A stretch of DNA of 64,000 nucleotides from the NCBI RefSeq assembly GCF_001194135.2, contig NC_068983.1, positions 78,856,108-78,920,107 on the forward strand. The letters are read 5' to 3'. How positions within the stretch are numbered: the stretch's first letter is position 1; every line of letters begins with the position of its first letter. The position numbers were made by a program, and so were the translations under genes. A model generated the notes under the pieces. It had not been told where the DNA came from. It worked only from the letters and a program-made list of their open reading frames with translations, and ran no database searches. This document shows positions 1 to 11,772 of this stretch, in pieces. Source of the DNA: Octopus bimaculoides. Its lineage: Eukaryota.

Positions 1-714
1 ACTTTTATAATGATAAGAATAATTTTTTGAATGAAATATATTTTCAATTATTTTCTTTTGTGTATTTGTGTGTGTGCTTGTATTTATTTGTATAGCATTC
101 AATACAATATACATTTGAGTGTTCTTGATTTTTATTAAGTAGTAAGTTATAGCAGTACTGTATTTTCTGGCATACAAGTCAATGTAGTATATAGTGTAAA
201 CATGAAGTGAAAACATTCAAACATCACCATTATCTTTCCAAATCTTGCTACATTTCATATGGAACTTTCATAACAATTCAATGGATGCTAGCCTTTGAAT
301 GATACTTAAGCAATCGCCGACAATTAATTATTGTGAATCCATTTTGTGACAAGAACGTTAATATTTTATAGCTATTACAACCTTGTCTAGATTTGTAGGT
401 TATAGGTAGTACTTAATATGCTATAGATAGTACTTAATATGCTAACAATTTCTAAATTTTATTGCATTATAAACAACTCAGGTAATTCAAATAAATACTA
501 ATAAATCATTGTATTTTTAAAATATGTTTTTATCTATTTCTTTGAAAAATATTAACATTTCAACGAATATTCCATCTTTTCTTTTAATCAATTTATCAAT
601 TGACCAATTTGCTTTTCTATGAATATGTCTTTCAGCTAATATGATTTTGACCAAACTACATTTGATGAAACCCATGTTTGAGCATATGTGTGAGCATATA
701 TGTGTACATGCCTC

Positions 715-767
715 TGTGTGTGTTTGTGTGTGTATGTGTTTGTGTGTGTGTTTGTGTGTGTGTGTGA
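715..767. repeat. Imperfect (TG)n microsatellite
   Basis: Direct TG/TTTG repeats. Confidence 0.9.
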
Positions 768-1074
768 TCATGTATGATTGCTTGGACGTTACTTAGATTA
801 TGTTATTAAAATTTCTCATAAAAATAAAAAATCATATCTACAGAATGTTTGTAATCAAGTTTAAATACCATGACAGAAGAAATAATTCATTCTTTCATTG
901 TTTTAAATCTGAATTTGATTATATATTTTAAATTCTCAGATATCATGTTCACTGAACTGGATTGTAAACTTTTATAAATTTAAAATATATGTAAACCAGT
1001 GTCTGTAGTATGTTTGTAGTATGTATGGAGTACCAATCAGTCAAGTAGCTCTTCTGTTGATGTGATGATCTAGA

Positions 1075-1330
1075 ATGTCTGTGTGCATAGCTTCAGTTCC
1101 GTCCGAGGTATAGGGGCCATATTCCACCAGGGGCCTCAGTCAAGTCTTGTAGAGTGTCAATAGCTGTTGGTATTTGAAATATCTTCTGGCTCTAAAGAGA
1201 AGGACCAGTCTTTGGGATGTCATCTTAACTATGCTAAAGATATATTTTTGCCAGGAGAGGTAACTGATGATATTGAGGCCCAGCATTTGGGATGACTGTA
1301 AGAGATATAGCTGAGGGCTTCCCATGTTTA
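1075..1330 (-). mobile_element. Decayed LINE RT C-terminal fragment (CR1/L2-group-like)
   Basis: Minus translation MLGLNIISYLSWQKYIFSIVKMTSQRLVLLFRARRYFKYQQLLTLYKT*LRPLVEY matches the LG..I...LSW..HI..I.K.AS.RL..L.R....LLTLYK...RP.LEY motif of CR1/L2-type RT ends. Confidence 0.7.
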
Positions 1331-1570
1331 GAAGGGTTGTGGTGTGATATTTACTTAATATGCATAGTGCAAGAGTTTTTTTTTACTTTTATTATAAAGA
1401 CAAAATTGTCAATAACTCAGTGGAGGATGCTCTCAAGGTTTCTGTTTATGGAATAAATGCACTTCTGGCAAGTGGGTGCCGCATGTGAGATGCATGTGGG
1501 TGATGCATAGTTAAGGAAGGTTAGGAAAAGATGAAGAGTCATGTGCAGTGTCATCCAGAAACTCACACTG

Positions 1571-1573
<3 letters not shown>

Positions 1574-1614
<41 letters not shown>
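1574..1614. repeat. (TG)n microsatellite
   Basis: Perfect TG run. Confidence 0.95.
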
Positions 1615-1616
<2 letters not shown>

Positions 1617-1619
1617 AAT

Positions 1620-1760
1620 GTTGCAACTAATAAGTCTCTGACATATTGAAGGAAGAGAACCAAATCCTGAGGAGCAGCAGATTTGATTGAGAGTGGAGCA
1701 GAAAGAGCTACATCAATATATGTCATAACAGTACAATCGCATAGGAAACTATTAATCAAA
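1620..1760 (-). mobile_element. Possible upstream RT-core remnant of the same LINE
   Basis: INSFLCDCTVMTYIDVAL...QDL...VATF weakly resembles FINDL...YADD...DL and is colinear with 1075-1330. Confidence 0.3.
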
Positions 1761-3685
1761 GTGATGAGAGGTGGGTAAAACCCATAGGCAAGAAGTTTCA
1801 GTATGGTTGCTAAGAATTTATCAATTTAATGTAGTTATTAGGCCAGCCATAATTGAGTAGACCCTATGATAAAAAGCGTTCCAGCCTTGTCAATAACATC
1901 TTCTTTTCAGACATAGGGTTTCTAGGAAGGTGACTGATCAATTGCATTCTGAACAACTGTGTCCATGTTAAATATGTCCTAGTATGCATGTATATTTGTG
2001 TTCAAAGAATGCATGTTGTGAGCAACACCTCATAAGAAACTTAATTTATTCTTACGATTGTAACAAGCAATTAATGATTGAAGGTGTTTATTAATAATTT
2101 TATTTCTTCGTCATTGGATAATAATTCCGCTTTTCTTATTAGTTTTCACCTCTATGACCATAGCTTTCTCTTTCTGCAATGAGTCGATTAATTTGCAAAC
2201 AGCAGTATGTTAATAGATAATCAAATTTTGGTAATATAATGCCACTTCTTAAAACTAGGCAAATCATTCACTGTTTGACCAGGAACAATATTTCAAAATG
2301 TGAATGAAAAGATTCCTGCTCTCTTAGGTCAACTTCTACGTTTTTGCATGGATAATGTGTGTCATGAATTTAGGTGGTATGGTGCAACTTCAAAGTATGC
2401 ACTGAATTCAGAGGGTAAATAATGATCTTCATACAGATTCAAGATGTCTTCAATGACATAATTTACTATAAGGAAAGCTTATGCAAAAATACTGGAAAGT
2501 TTTTGAATGAATTTTTCATTATCTTCATTATATCATAGTCTTAAATAAGTTACATATTGTCTAAAAATAGATTTTGATGTATGGAAAATATAAGCTTTTT
2601 GTTGCATTTAGATGTTTCTGCTGTATACTTTCTTGCTCTAAGTTCAAAATCAATCAGCACTGATCTGGGATTATGTTGAGAGCAAGTTTGTAACAAAGGA
2701 ATGAATATACAATTCATACAGTACTTAAGAATTATTGAATAGTTGAGTAAAAACTTAGAAATAGTACATTTCTAAATCTCTCAGAGAGATTTATGCAGTA
2801 GTGATACAACAGTAGTATTATTCCCTTCATGGGACTGTCACATTAAGTTGACAGCATACAATTACATTTTGAGTAAAAACATTGAAAATATTGACATCTC
2901 CATCTTGCATGTGAACATTGCCAAACTCACACGAAGTATGAGGTTGGTCACATGTAGATGTTTATTTATAAGCGGCGCAGGTGCCTAAAATTGCCCTGAT
3001 TGATAAAACAGTTCCTTTAAGAGACTGGAATAAGATATTTAAAATATATAACACAGAGCTTGTTGCCCAATAATAATAGTTGCATATACTGAAGTGCAAA
3101 TAACTAGTATGTACAAAGACGGGACACAAATGTCCAAAGACACCACTGATCACAGCACAGTCATCCACAACACAAATACCCTAGAAGTAGCTAGGATTTC
3201 ATTATTTGATATACTTTATTACTTAAAAACAGAATGGTGTAATTTGAAGGAGATTTGATTGCTATTTATGTTTATTTATTTGATATTTATGTGGCCACAA
3301 GAGGATCTTTTATTGGGTTCATTGATTTTACTTGCAGTATTTGAAACAATGCCTGTTTGAAATAGAATAAACTTAAATTATGGTGGGTTTTGATTGAACT
3401 TCAATTGTTGTTATGTAGATCAAAAGTACTGTAAATAATGAGGCTTGTAACAATGAAATAGTTGAAGCTAAATCCCATATTCAGCATGCCAGATTATAAT
3501 ATTAATTTAAATAGTGTACCCTTATTTCATTATAAATTTGTTACAGAAAGTCTGATTCATTCACCAGATTTTGAAGTTATGTTTGTTAAGGAGATCAACC
3601 ATCATGATTTGTTGAGTTTAAATGCAGTGGTTGTTTTGAGTAAAACACTAGAGCAAAAAATACTTTTTTTATGTTAAGCATATGT

Positions 3686-4088
3686 AGGCACAGGAGTGGC
3701 TGTGTGGTAAGTAGCTTGCTTACCAACCACATGCTTCTGGGTTCATTCCCACTGCGTGACACCTTGGACAAGTGTCTTCTACTATAGTCTCGGGCTGACC
3801 AAAGCCTTGTGAGTGGATTTGGTAGACGGAAAACTGAAAGAAACCCATTGTATATATGTATATATATGTATGTGTGTGTATATGTTTGTGTGTTTGTGTT
3901 TGTCCCCCCAAGATCGCTTGACAACCGATGCTGGTGTGTTTACGTCCCCGTAACTTAGCGGTTCAGCAAAAGAGACCGATAGAATAAGTACTAGGCTTCC
4001 AAAGAATAAGTCCTGGGGTCGATTTGCTCGACTAAAGGTGGTGCTCCAGCATGGTTACAGTCAAATGACTGAAACAAGTAAAGAGTAT
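3686..4088 (+). mobile_element. tRNA-derived CORE-type SINE (family A, OR-like), full head plus second module
   Basis: A-box-like TGGCTGTGTGG, B-box-like GGTTCATTCC, CORE-like ACCTTGGACAAGTGTCTTC, internal (TA/TG)n, and a conserved 3' module ending GACTGAAACAAGTAAAAGAG. Many copies in the window. Confidence 0.85.
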
Positions 4089-5395
4089 AGCATTGAACAA
4101 AAATACCTAACCCCTTAGTGCTATCCTAAATATTTAATTTTATTCTCTCCAAAAATGAATCACGCTTAAACCATTAGCACTCATCTCTCCTCGGTCAACT
4201 AACTCATCCAAATTTGTTAGTTTCACTAAATGATTTTACTGGCACACACCACTTGTTTCCTTGGACTCTGGGTTTTAACACATTTATTAGAATTTGTGAG
4301 CTAAAAGTTGCTAATACAATCCAATAGGCTTCAGGCTTTTAAGCTTTCTTTATCAAATTATTATGTAAGCAGTAATTGAACCTATTTTTCTGTTTATAGC
4401 CCTATTGCATTTTTGTTATAGTCACTATATTCCACTCAAACACTTATGCTATTATCTCACAATCTCTTTTCCACAGTATCCAATAAAACTATTTTCATAT
4501 GTCAAGCTAAGAAGTGTATTAAGTTTGCTATCATTAAAAAACACATCAGCGTATCCTATTATATTTGTTCCAAAGTTATCACTATTTTACTTTATTATAA
4601 ATTATTTTATTTGGAATATTAAATGTATTTTCTGTCAGGTACTTTACAGAATATGGGTCTATATTAGTTTGGCTGTTCCCTCATTGCATTGAAATATTAA
4701 AATCTTTTTGCTGTTGTTTTTTTATCAGATATTTATTTTTCTTCCACCTGCAGTAATTCTCTCTCTAAACTTAGTTTATTACAATTTGTGCAAATATTAA
4801 CAGAATTTATGGTCTCATATTGCTATTTTTAGAGTAAGTATCATTCTATTCATTGAAATCTACTGATCAAGTCTTATTTCTTCGATGGTTTGATATTTTA
4901 TTGTAACACTTTACTGCCAAACACAGTGAAAAAATTTTTTTTTTCTTTGAAATAGTCAAGAGTTCTTTTCAACCGACTTCCAATTTCTGTCCCAAAGGAA
5001 GACATTGTAAAAAATTATTTTGTTTTCAAATTTAAAGACTTGGTCATTAAATAAACATTAATAAACACATAAAAAGACTGTTATGGTTATTATGAATTCT
5101 ATCTCCTCATTTTCATCATCATTTTGAAATCTCTTTTGGTGTTCTGACAGTGATTGGACACTGACAAATATCCCCATTCATCATTAGTCATGTGACATCA
5201 AGTTTGTGAGGCTCAACGTCCTTTGATCCTTTGATTTGTCTGACATCCCCACCATTATCCAGTCCTCATTACCATGGTTACCTTCTGCTGTCAGAAGAAA
5301 TCTCTCCTTCACCCAGAATTTGTTGATAATGTGCTCGTCTTTGTTGAAGCATAATTTTTTCTCTTAACCACCTTCATTAAAAAAACCATATACAG

Positions 5396-5828
5396 TTTCT
5401 AATTATGATCTGACCTGATCTTTGCAGTGTATAATTGTCTCCCAAATTCCTCACTCACAAAAAAGGTAATTTTCCAAGTTTTTATTTTCCCTATTTTTAT
5501 TATTTGCTTGCTTTTAAACCATTTGGCTACTAGTTTGGTTGTTTTGTGTAGCTTTACAGCTAATCTTTGCAGTGTATGTACAAGCATTTCTTTTTTGATA
5601 TTCTTTATGATAATTTACAAATTTTTCCCTATTGTTTTTATTTCCCATTTCCTAGTCAAACTCATATATACCTAAATAATTAAGTTGCTCTTTTGAGAAT
5701 AAAAATAACTCCCATTGACTGCTTCACTTTAGTATTAGTTTAGCTTTATTTCCATATGTTTAGTTTCAAACATATTTATCTCCCAACCACCTCCAAAATA
5801 ACAACAACAATGTCAATGATGATGATGA

Positions 5829-5861
<33 letters not shown>

Positions 5862-6190
5862 TGATGATGATGATGATGATGATAAAAATATGTGAAACTT
5901 CTTGTTGTGATCTGACTTAACCTTTGTAGTGTATATTACATGCATTTCTTTTTCGTTAAAATTCTTTAAATTTATTTAGTTATTCATTTGTTTATTTTGG
6001 TCAAGTTGTAAACTTTTTAAAGACCAAGTCATCAAGAATTTGTATTGCTTAATTTTTCCTGCTGTTTGTTCCCCACTCCACCAACTCCCCAGTCACCAGT
6101 CAAATTCATAATCATATATTTAAATAATTAAGCTGCTCTTTTGAGAATAGAAATAACTTCAGTTGACAGCTTTGGTTTATTATTTGTTTA
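5396..6190. repeat. Diverged local direct duplication (about 5400-5760 vs 5905-6190)
   Basis: Shared blocks TGATCTGAC..CTTTG(C/T)AGTGTATA, GCATTTCTTTTTT, CAAA(C/T)TCATA and TAAATAATTAAG(T/C)TGCTCTTTTGAGAATA(A/G)AAATAACT. Confidence 0.75.
5812..5884. repeat. (GAT)n-(GAC)n-(GAT)n trinucleotide repeat
   Basis: Direct reading. Confidence 0.95.
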
Positions 6191-6867
6191 GTTTTAAATA
6201 AATTAATTAAAGTCATTGAAATGATCTTAACTTTGAAAATTGCTAAATTGTAAATTGTTTTCTAATTTTAATTCTATAGAAAATTATTTAAAAAGGGGGG
6301 AAAAAAACTAAAAATTCTTCAATATTGAATATAGTAGCAACATTTAGTTTCTTCATTAAAATAAACAGATAGTAACTTTACATTAAGATATTTAGAGTTA
6401 ATACTTTAGAATTTGTTTTAAAGTTCCTTTTCTTTTTCTTTCTTGAATCAAATTGTTTCATGATTTTCATAGGAAGTTGCATTCTTTTCTATTTATGTTG
6501 ATAGTTTTAATTTCGATTAAATTGAGTTTTTTATTTATATATATATATATATTCTATTCATTCACATTGCTGCATGTATGACTTCATTGTCTATCATTAC
6601 TTTGCTTGCTCTTAGCATATCAACTTCTAACAGAATTCAGATTTGACCCTTGTCATGTAATTTTATGCAGCAATGTGATAAATCTTACACGGAATCTTCT
6701 ATTTACCTACAGACAAATCTTCCCTTGATTATCTCTCAGATGTTTGATTTTTTTTTTTTTAGTGTTTGATTAATCAATTGTCTGTTCTTTTTTTTTTCCA
6801 ATCACTAGAAGCTGTTAATTTCTAGGTCAGCTTCCATGGAATATACCTAGGGTCAAAGACATTTCAT

Positions 6868-7165
6868 CTATCATCATCATCATCATCATTATCATCACCA
6901 CCACCATCACCATCATTGTCATCATCACCATCATTATCATCATTGTCGTTGTCATTATTGTCATGGTCTTATATCTGTTTTTTATGTTAGCATGTGTTTA
7001 AGAGGTCGTTGCTGCTCTCCTAGATGGATCAAACAATTACATCTAGTTCATAAGATTTTGGCTTGGTTTCTAATGACTGGATGCTTTTCATAACACCAAC
7101 CATTTTCATAACACCAGCCATTTTACAAAGTGGCATCAGCACTAGGGAAACAGGTGTATCTTTGA
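6868..7165 (-). mobile_element. Decayed retroposon 3' tail with (CAT)n
   Basis: (CAT)n run followed by sequence resembling the family C tail (TTAGCATG..., CTGGATGCTTTTC..., ACACCAACC). Confidence 0.5.
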
Positions 7166-7479
7166 CAAGACTAAAAGGACCTCTCATAGTATATTTAAAC
7201 CTAAATGATTTAATGAGTGCTTTCTCTTTTCTTTTGTAATGTTGCTGCATGATATGAGGTAGATTTGGCAGCTATTTTTGACAAGTTAGGGCTACACAGA
7301 GGCTTCTTAACTGGCCAGAGAAACTACCATTATTGTTGTCATATATCAACATATCCAGAAAGCTGCCTATTTGGTTTCCTCATGTTGGCTTTATCTAGCT
7401 GTAATTTCTAATTTTTTAGTTTATCTTACATTATTTACAAGCCTACAAGGGAACCTCTATATGGATAGTTAAGCTGCTA

Positions 7480-7685
7480 AATATGGCAGCTAAATCCCCT
7501 TCAAATATATCCCGCCATCTTAGAAATAAAAGAACACATTAGATACTAAAATATTAGATATACAAAAAATATACAAAAAATCCTAAATATACAAAGTAAA
7601 AGAGTTAGGACTGTCACAGCTGCAACAACTTTGATTATAGATATGCTCAAACAAAGTTCATCTGAGATTAAATAACAGCAATTTA
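7480..7685. repeat. Old dispersed repeat; related pieces near 1850, 3240, 7260, 22660, 58070, 58745, 60840-61010, 62660
   Basis: Shared motifs ATAGCAGC(T/C)AAAT(C/T)TCCCTCAAAT, AGAACACATTAGATA and GTCACAGCTGGAATGCCTTT.ATCATAG.TCTGCTCA recur in either orientation. Confidence 0.55.
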
Positions 7686-8399
7686 CTGAACTCACTGAAG
7701 AGCTCATTATTCAATCAAATCTCTTTCTTGATGCATGGTTGTACTTCCCATTTGATCCAGACAAACAAAACTCTCTGAGCAATACTAATTAATTACCTTA
7801 CTATTGGATTCAAATAGGTAACAATAGATTCATTAGTTACAGGTTCCCAATGGACAGGTTGGTAGTTCACTATCTATGTGATGGTGGAATAGACAAGGGA
7901 TTGTTTGAGCAACTTGGACAGAAAGAATTCACTTGAAATATATGTATCAGTTTATCAGTTTTATGATTGATTTTTACTTCCTTGGCTGATATACATATAA
8001 AATGATCTTCTCCATAGTTTTTCTCTATCAAGTTCCATTTACAAGGCACTGGTCAACTTGAAGCTGTAGTAGAAAACACTTGGAAGAGGAGGAAGGGGAG
8101 GGTTGTGGTTAGTATAAACTATCTTTGATATTTCTAAAAGTTTGAAAACTTTCTTTCTGTTTCATGACAAGTAAGTTTGATAGTTGACAGAGTATTGATA
8201 AAGCACACTCAGAGTAGTAGCAAATACAATTATAATTATCATAGAAGTTTGAGTATGTATCATAAAAAAATAACAGTGATAATCTAATAAATGGAAAGAG
8301 AGAAAGAAGCTGTTTCCATTCTTTATTTTTTTTTTTCTATCACTTGTACACTGGCTTTGCTTCCTCACAGTTGGCTGATCCTGTGCCACCTCCAATCAA

Positions 8400-8475
8400 G
8401 CTTTCTCTCCCCTCTCCACTTCTCTCTCTCCCCCTCTCTCTCCCCCTCTCTCTCCCCCTCTCTCTCTCTCTCACT
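8400..8475. repeat. (CT)n/(CTCCCTCT)n polypyrimidine repeat
   Basis: Direct reading. Confidence 0.9.
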
Positions 8476-8594
8476 CATATTGCATCCACACTCATTGGCA
8501 CTACACTGCCTACTATATTCAATCCTTCCTTCCCAGAATACCAGTTCTCTGAAATTTTATCCTTCCATATTTGTCAACTTGCAGTTATTGCAAA

Positions 8595-8790
8595 TAAATA
8601 TTGGTTTCAAATTTTGGCACAAAGCCAGCAATTTCGTGAGAGTTGGGTAAAGTCAATTACATTGACCCCAAAAGGATGGAAGGCAAAGTGGACTGTGGCA
8701 ACGTTTGAATACAGAACATAAATTTGGAAGAAATGCTACTAAGCATTTTTTCCCAATGCTTTTTCAGGTCTGCCAGGTCACTACCTTACA
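8595..8790 (-). mobile_element. SINE family B copy (decayed)
   Basis: Reverse complement matches the family B copy at 23603-23835 (GCAGA..CTTAG..GCATTTC..GTTCTG..TTCAAA..CTTTGCCTTCCATCCTTT). Confidence 0.7.
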
Positions 8791-8804
8791 TTTCAAATAC
8801 ACAC

Positions 8805-9022
8805 TGATTTCAAATTTTGGCACTAAGCCAGTAATTTTGGTGGGAGGAGATAGGTTGATTACATGACCTCCACAGCATTCAACTGATACTTATTTTTATC
8901 AACTCTGAAAAGAATGAAAGGTAAAGTTTCTCTCAACAGAATTTGAACTTAGAACGTAAAAACAGACAAAATGCTTCTAAGCATTTCACCTGGCAAACTA
9001 ATGATTCTGCAAGCTCACCGCC
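8805..9022 (-). mobile_element. SINE family B copy, adjacent to the previous one
   Basis: AAGGCGGTGAGCTTGCAGAATCATTAG...GTTCTAAGTTCAAATTCTG...CTTTCATTCTTT on the minus strand. Confidence 0.8.
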
Positions 9023-9431
9023 TTGTCCCAAATAAATATTAACCGAAACAATCTCTCTGAGAAGGCCATGAGCACAATTCATTCATTCAAATACAAACCA
9101 ATGCCAAAAAACAAAAAAATGCCAAAGCTAATAGAATGTTTGCTGCAGTAACACTTCAATGGGTGAACTGAATGGAAGTATACTGCCAGAGAGTTGAAGC
9201 TAAGAAATGGATGGAATCAACAGGTTGGCAACTTAAAAGATTTACATACCATATGTGTGAATGTGTGTGTATGTCTGAATGGTGTGGAGGAGATATGCAT
9301 GCATGTGTGTATATTGCGTATATTGGTATCTGTTTTGAGAAGCACATTAGGACACAATATATTTTGTCATTCTTACTCTGTTTATATATATAACTGGGAT
9401 TAACAACTGCCATGTCTAGCAGACAGTTGTT

Positions 9432-9477
9432 CAGTACTGAGGAAGGGTAAGACCCTGAAACCAGTTCTGGTCTACTG
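9432..9477 (+). ncRNA. Intact minimal type I hammerhead ribozyme
   Basis: CAGTA-CTGAGGA-AGGGT(AAG)ACCCT-GAA-ACCAG(TT)CTGGT-C-TACTG. Stem I CAGTA/TACTG, CUGANGA core, stem II 5 bp, GAAA, stem III 5 bp, GUC cleavage triplet (cut after 9472). Activity is untested. Confidence 0.85.
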
Positions 9478-9647
9478 GTCCTGTTATTGCTGGATGGGAG
9501 ATGTTTGCTCCCTTGTTTGCAATATAATGGACACAGATATTGTGTTATTAACCAGCTGGAGGAGGTGTCCTTCTGAGGTTAAAAAGTGTAGTAACATTGT
9601 TCTTTACAGAACAACCATGTTGAGGTGGCAACAACAATTACTTTATA

Positions 9648-9679
<32 letters not shown>

Positions 9680-9784
9680 CCGGAGTAAGCACATAAAATG
9701 TGCAACAAGGTGGAAAAAAGAGTACTCAAATACCAGAGGTAGAGTAATATGCTTTATTTAAAAGCAGCAGAAATATAACAAAAG

Positions 9785-9824
9785 ACTGTTACTCAGAGTT
9801 TCACGTTCCTGTTCATCGGACAGT
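9785..9824 (-). ncRNA. Minimal hammerhead motif, CCGAUGA core variant
   Basis: Minus strand ACTGT-CCGATGA-ACA(GGAA)CGT-GAA-ACTC(T)GAGT-A-ACAGT. One mismatch in stem II. Confidence 0.6.
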
Positions 9825-9838
9825 TTTGTTCTAACAAA

Positions 9839-9878
9839 ACTGTCCGATGAACGGGAACGTGAAACTCCGAGTAACAGT
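9839..9878 (+). ncRNA. Minimal hammerhead motif, CCGAUGA core variant
   Basis: ACTGT-CCGATGA-ACG(GGAA)CGT-GAA-ACTC(C)GAGT-A-ACAGT. All three stems pair, GUA triplet, U4-to-C core change. Confidence 0.7.
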
Positions 9879-10089
9879 CTTTTGTTATATTTCTGCTGCT
9901 TTTAAATAAAGTATATATATATATAAGGGCATTGCCCTTATNNNNNNNNNNNNNNNNNNNNNNNNNNNNNNNNNNNNNNNNNNNNNNNNNNNNNNNNNNN
10001 NNNNNNNNNNNNNNNNNNNNNNNNNNNNNNNNNNNNNNNNNNNNNNNNNNNNNNNNNNNNNNNNNNNNNNNNNNNNNNNNNNNNNNNNN

Positions 10090-10134
<45 letters not shown>

Positions 10135-10759
10135 GTATATATATATATATGTACATATTTATATGTGCGTGTGTTGGTGTTTGCATTGGTATGTGAGGTG
10201 GTGGTGTGTGTGTGTATTGTGAGCCAGTACAATATTTAGAATTATTGAGGCAGTATGTGAAGCCCTAAGCAGTAGGTTGTTTAGCTTCTGCCAAAATCTG
10301 ACATTGCTGACGACGTATGGATCTGGTCACATATAACTCAAGCACATACATTTCTTTATGTATGTTCTAGGGTGGTGTTAGTAGTAGACACTAGAGTATA
10401 TAGATAGTAAAAGTTCACATTGTGATGCCCTAGAGCTACAGGATAGTCTAGAATGGCAAAGAAATGTTCCTATAGTTACGCAAGATTTCCTGCTTTCAAA
10501 TTTTGACCTGTGATTATTAAGTCAAATATTTTCACAAAGTTATCTAATGTCAGTTTTCAGAATAAATTCTCAATCATCTTTCAACCAATTCTATAGACAT
10601 AATTTTCCTTTAGAATTTAACTCTCCATATTTAGAATAGTTTACATAACCAATGGACATGTAAATAACTGATGATAAATCATAGTTTTCCAAGATATAAA
10701 GCTCAACTGCAATAACAAGGAAATCTTATAGACAATGTAAAGGACAGAAATAAACTCAT

Positions 10760-10830
10760 ATGTGTATATGTATACACACACACAAACACAAACATACATA
10801 CACACACACATATATATACATATATACATT

Positions 10831-10924
<94 letters not shown>

Positions 10925-10990
10925 TACATACATATACACATATATATACATATATATATCTATATATATATACACACACATATATATATA

Positions 10991-11053
<63 letters not shown>

Positions 11054-11110
11054 GCATACACATATATACATACATAAATATGTGTGTGTGCAAGCATGCA
11101 AGCACACACA
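10760..11110. repeat. Compound microsatellite (CA)n/(TA)n/(GATA)n/(CATA)n
   Basis: Direct reading. Confidence 0.95.
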
Positions 11111-11772
11111 TGCATGTCAAGCAATGCACACATTCAAATAATTATGCGTGCATATTTATGATTTGGCAATCAAATGATGATAACCATTATATACATATAA
11201 TTCATGTAGAAGCATTCACACATTTTTATTTCAGGGAGGGTATCAGAATAGCAATTGTAGAAGTGACAGTATAATTTCATAATCTATTAATGGCCTGATG
11301 TTTGGAGAAGTATATTAAATGTGGGCTTTCTGTTAATGTACACTGCTTGATTTCAGGCATGTTTTGGTGTGAAGAGAATAACTTTCCAGTGTTCAGTGTA
11401 TTAGTGTTCAGTAAATGTTTGACACCTATTTAAAGTTAATTTTGTTTAGAAGTAAAATATTATGGTTTTTCACTGAGTTATTGTCAGAGACTCATCAATT
11501 ATGTAGTTTGTGATTTGCAATGCTTTGACATATGTATTAGATTAGATTGGCAGAATTGTTAAGGTATCTGACAAAATGACTTACAGTTTCAGTTCTAGGT
11601 TTTTTTACATTCTGAGTACAAATTCTGCAAAGGCCAACTTTACAGTTCATCTTCCTAAAACTGATGAAATAAGTACAGTCATGTATTGATGAAAACAGTT
11701 GACTGTTACCTCCCACTCAAAATTTCTGGCTTTGTTCCTTTGTAAGACACACTTATTCTTTAGTATTGGGGG

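Larger units (their letters stand above)
9680..9911. mobile_element. Penelope-like terminal repeat (pLTR) pair in inverted orientation
   Basis: 79-nt arms 9752-9830 and 9833-9911 with 2 differences, each carrying a hammerhead motif. The left arm continues to the (TA)n at 9680. A related tail lies at 45830-45905. Confidence 0.65.

Noticed and set aside
11661-11710. CTGATGA...GAAA-ACAGT(TG)ACTGT-TA hammerhead-like motif
   Set aside because: Stem II is irregular and no stem I pairing exists.
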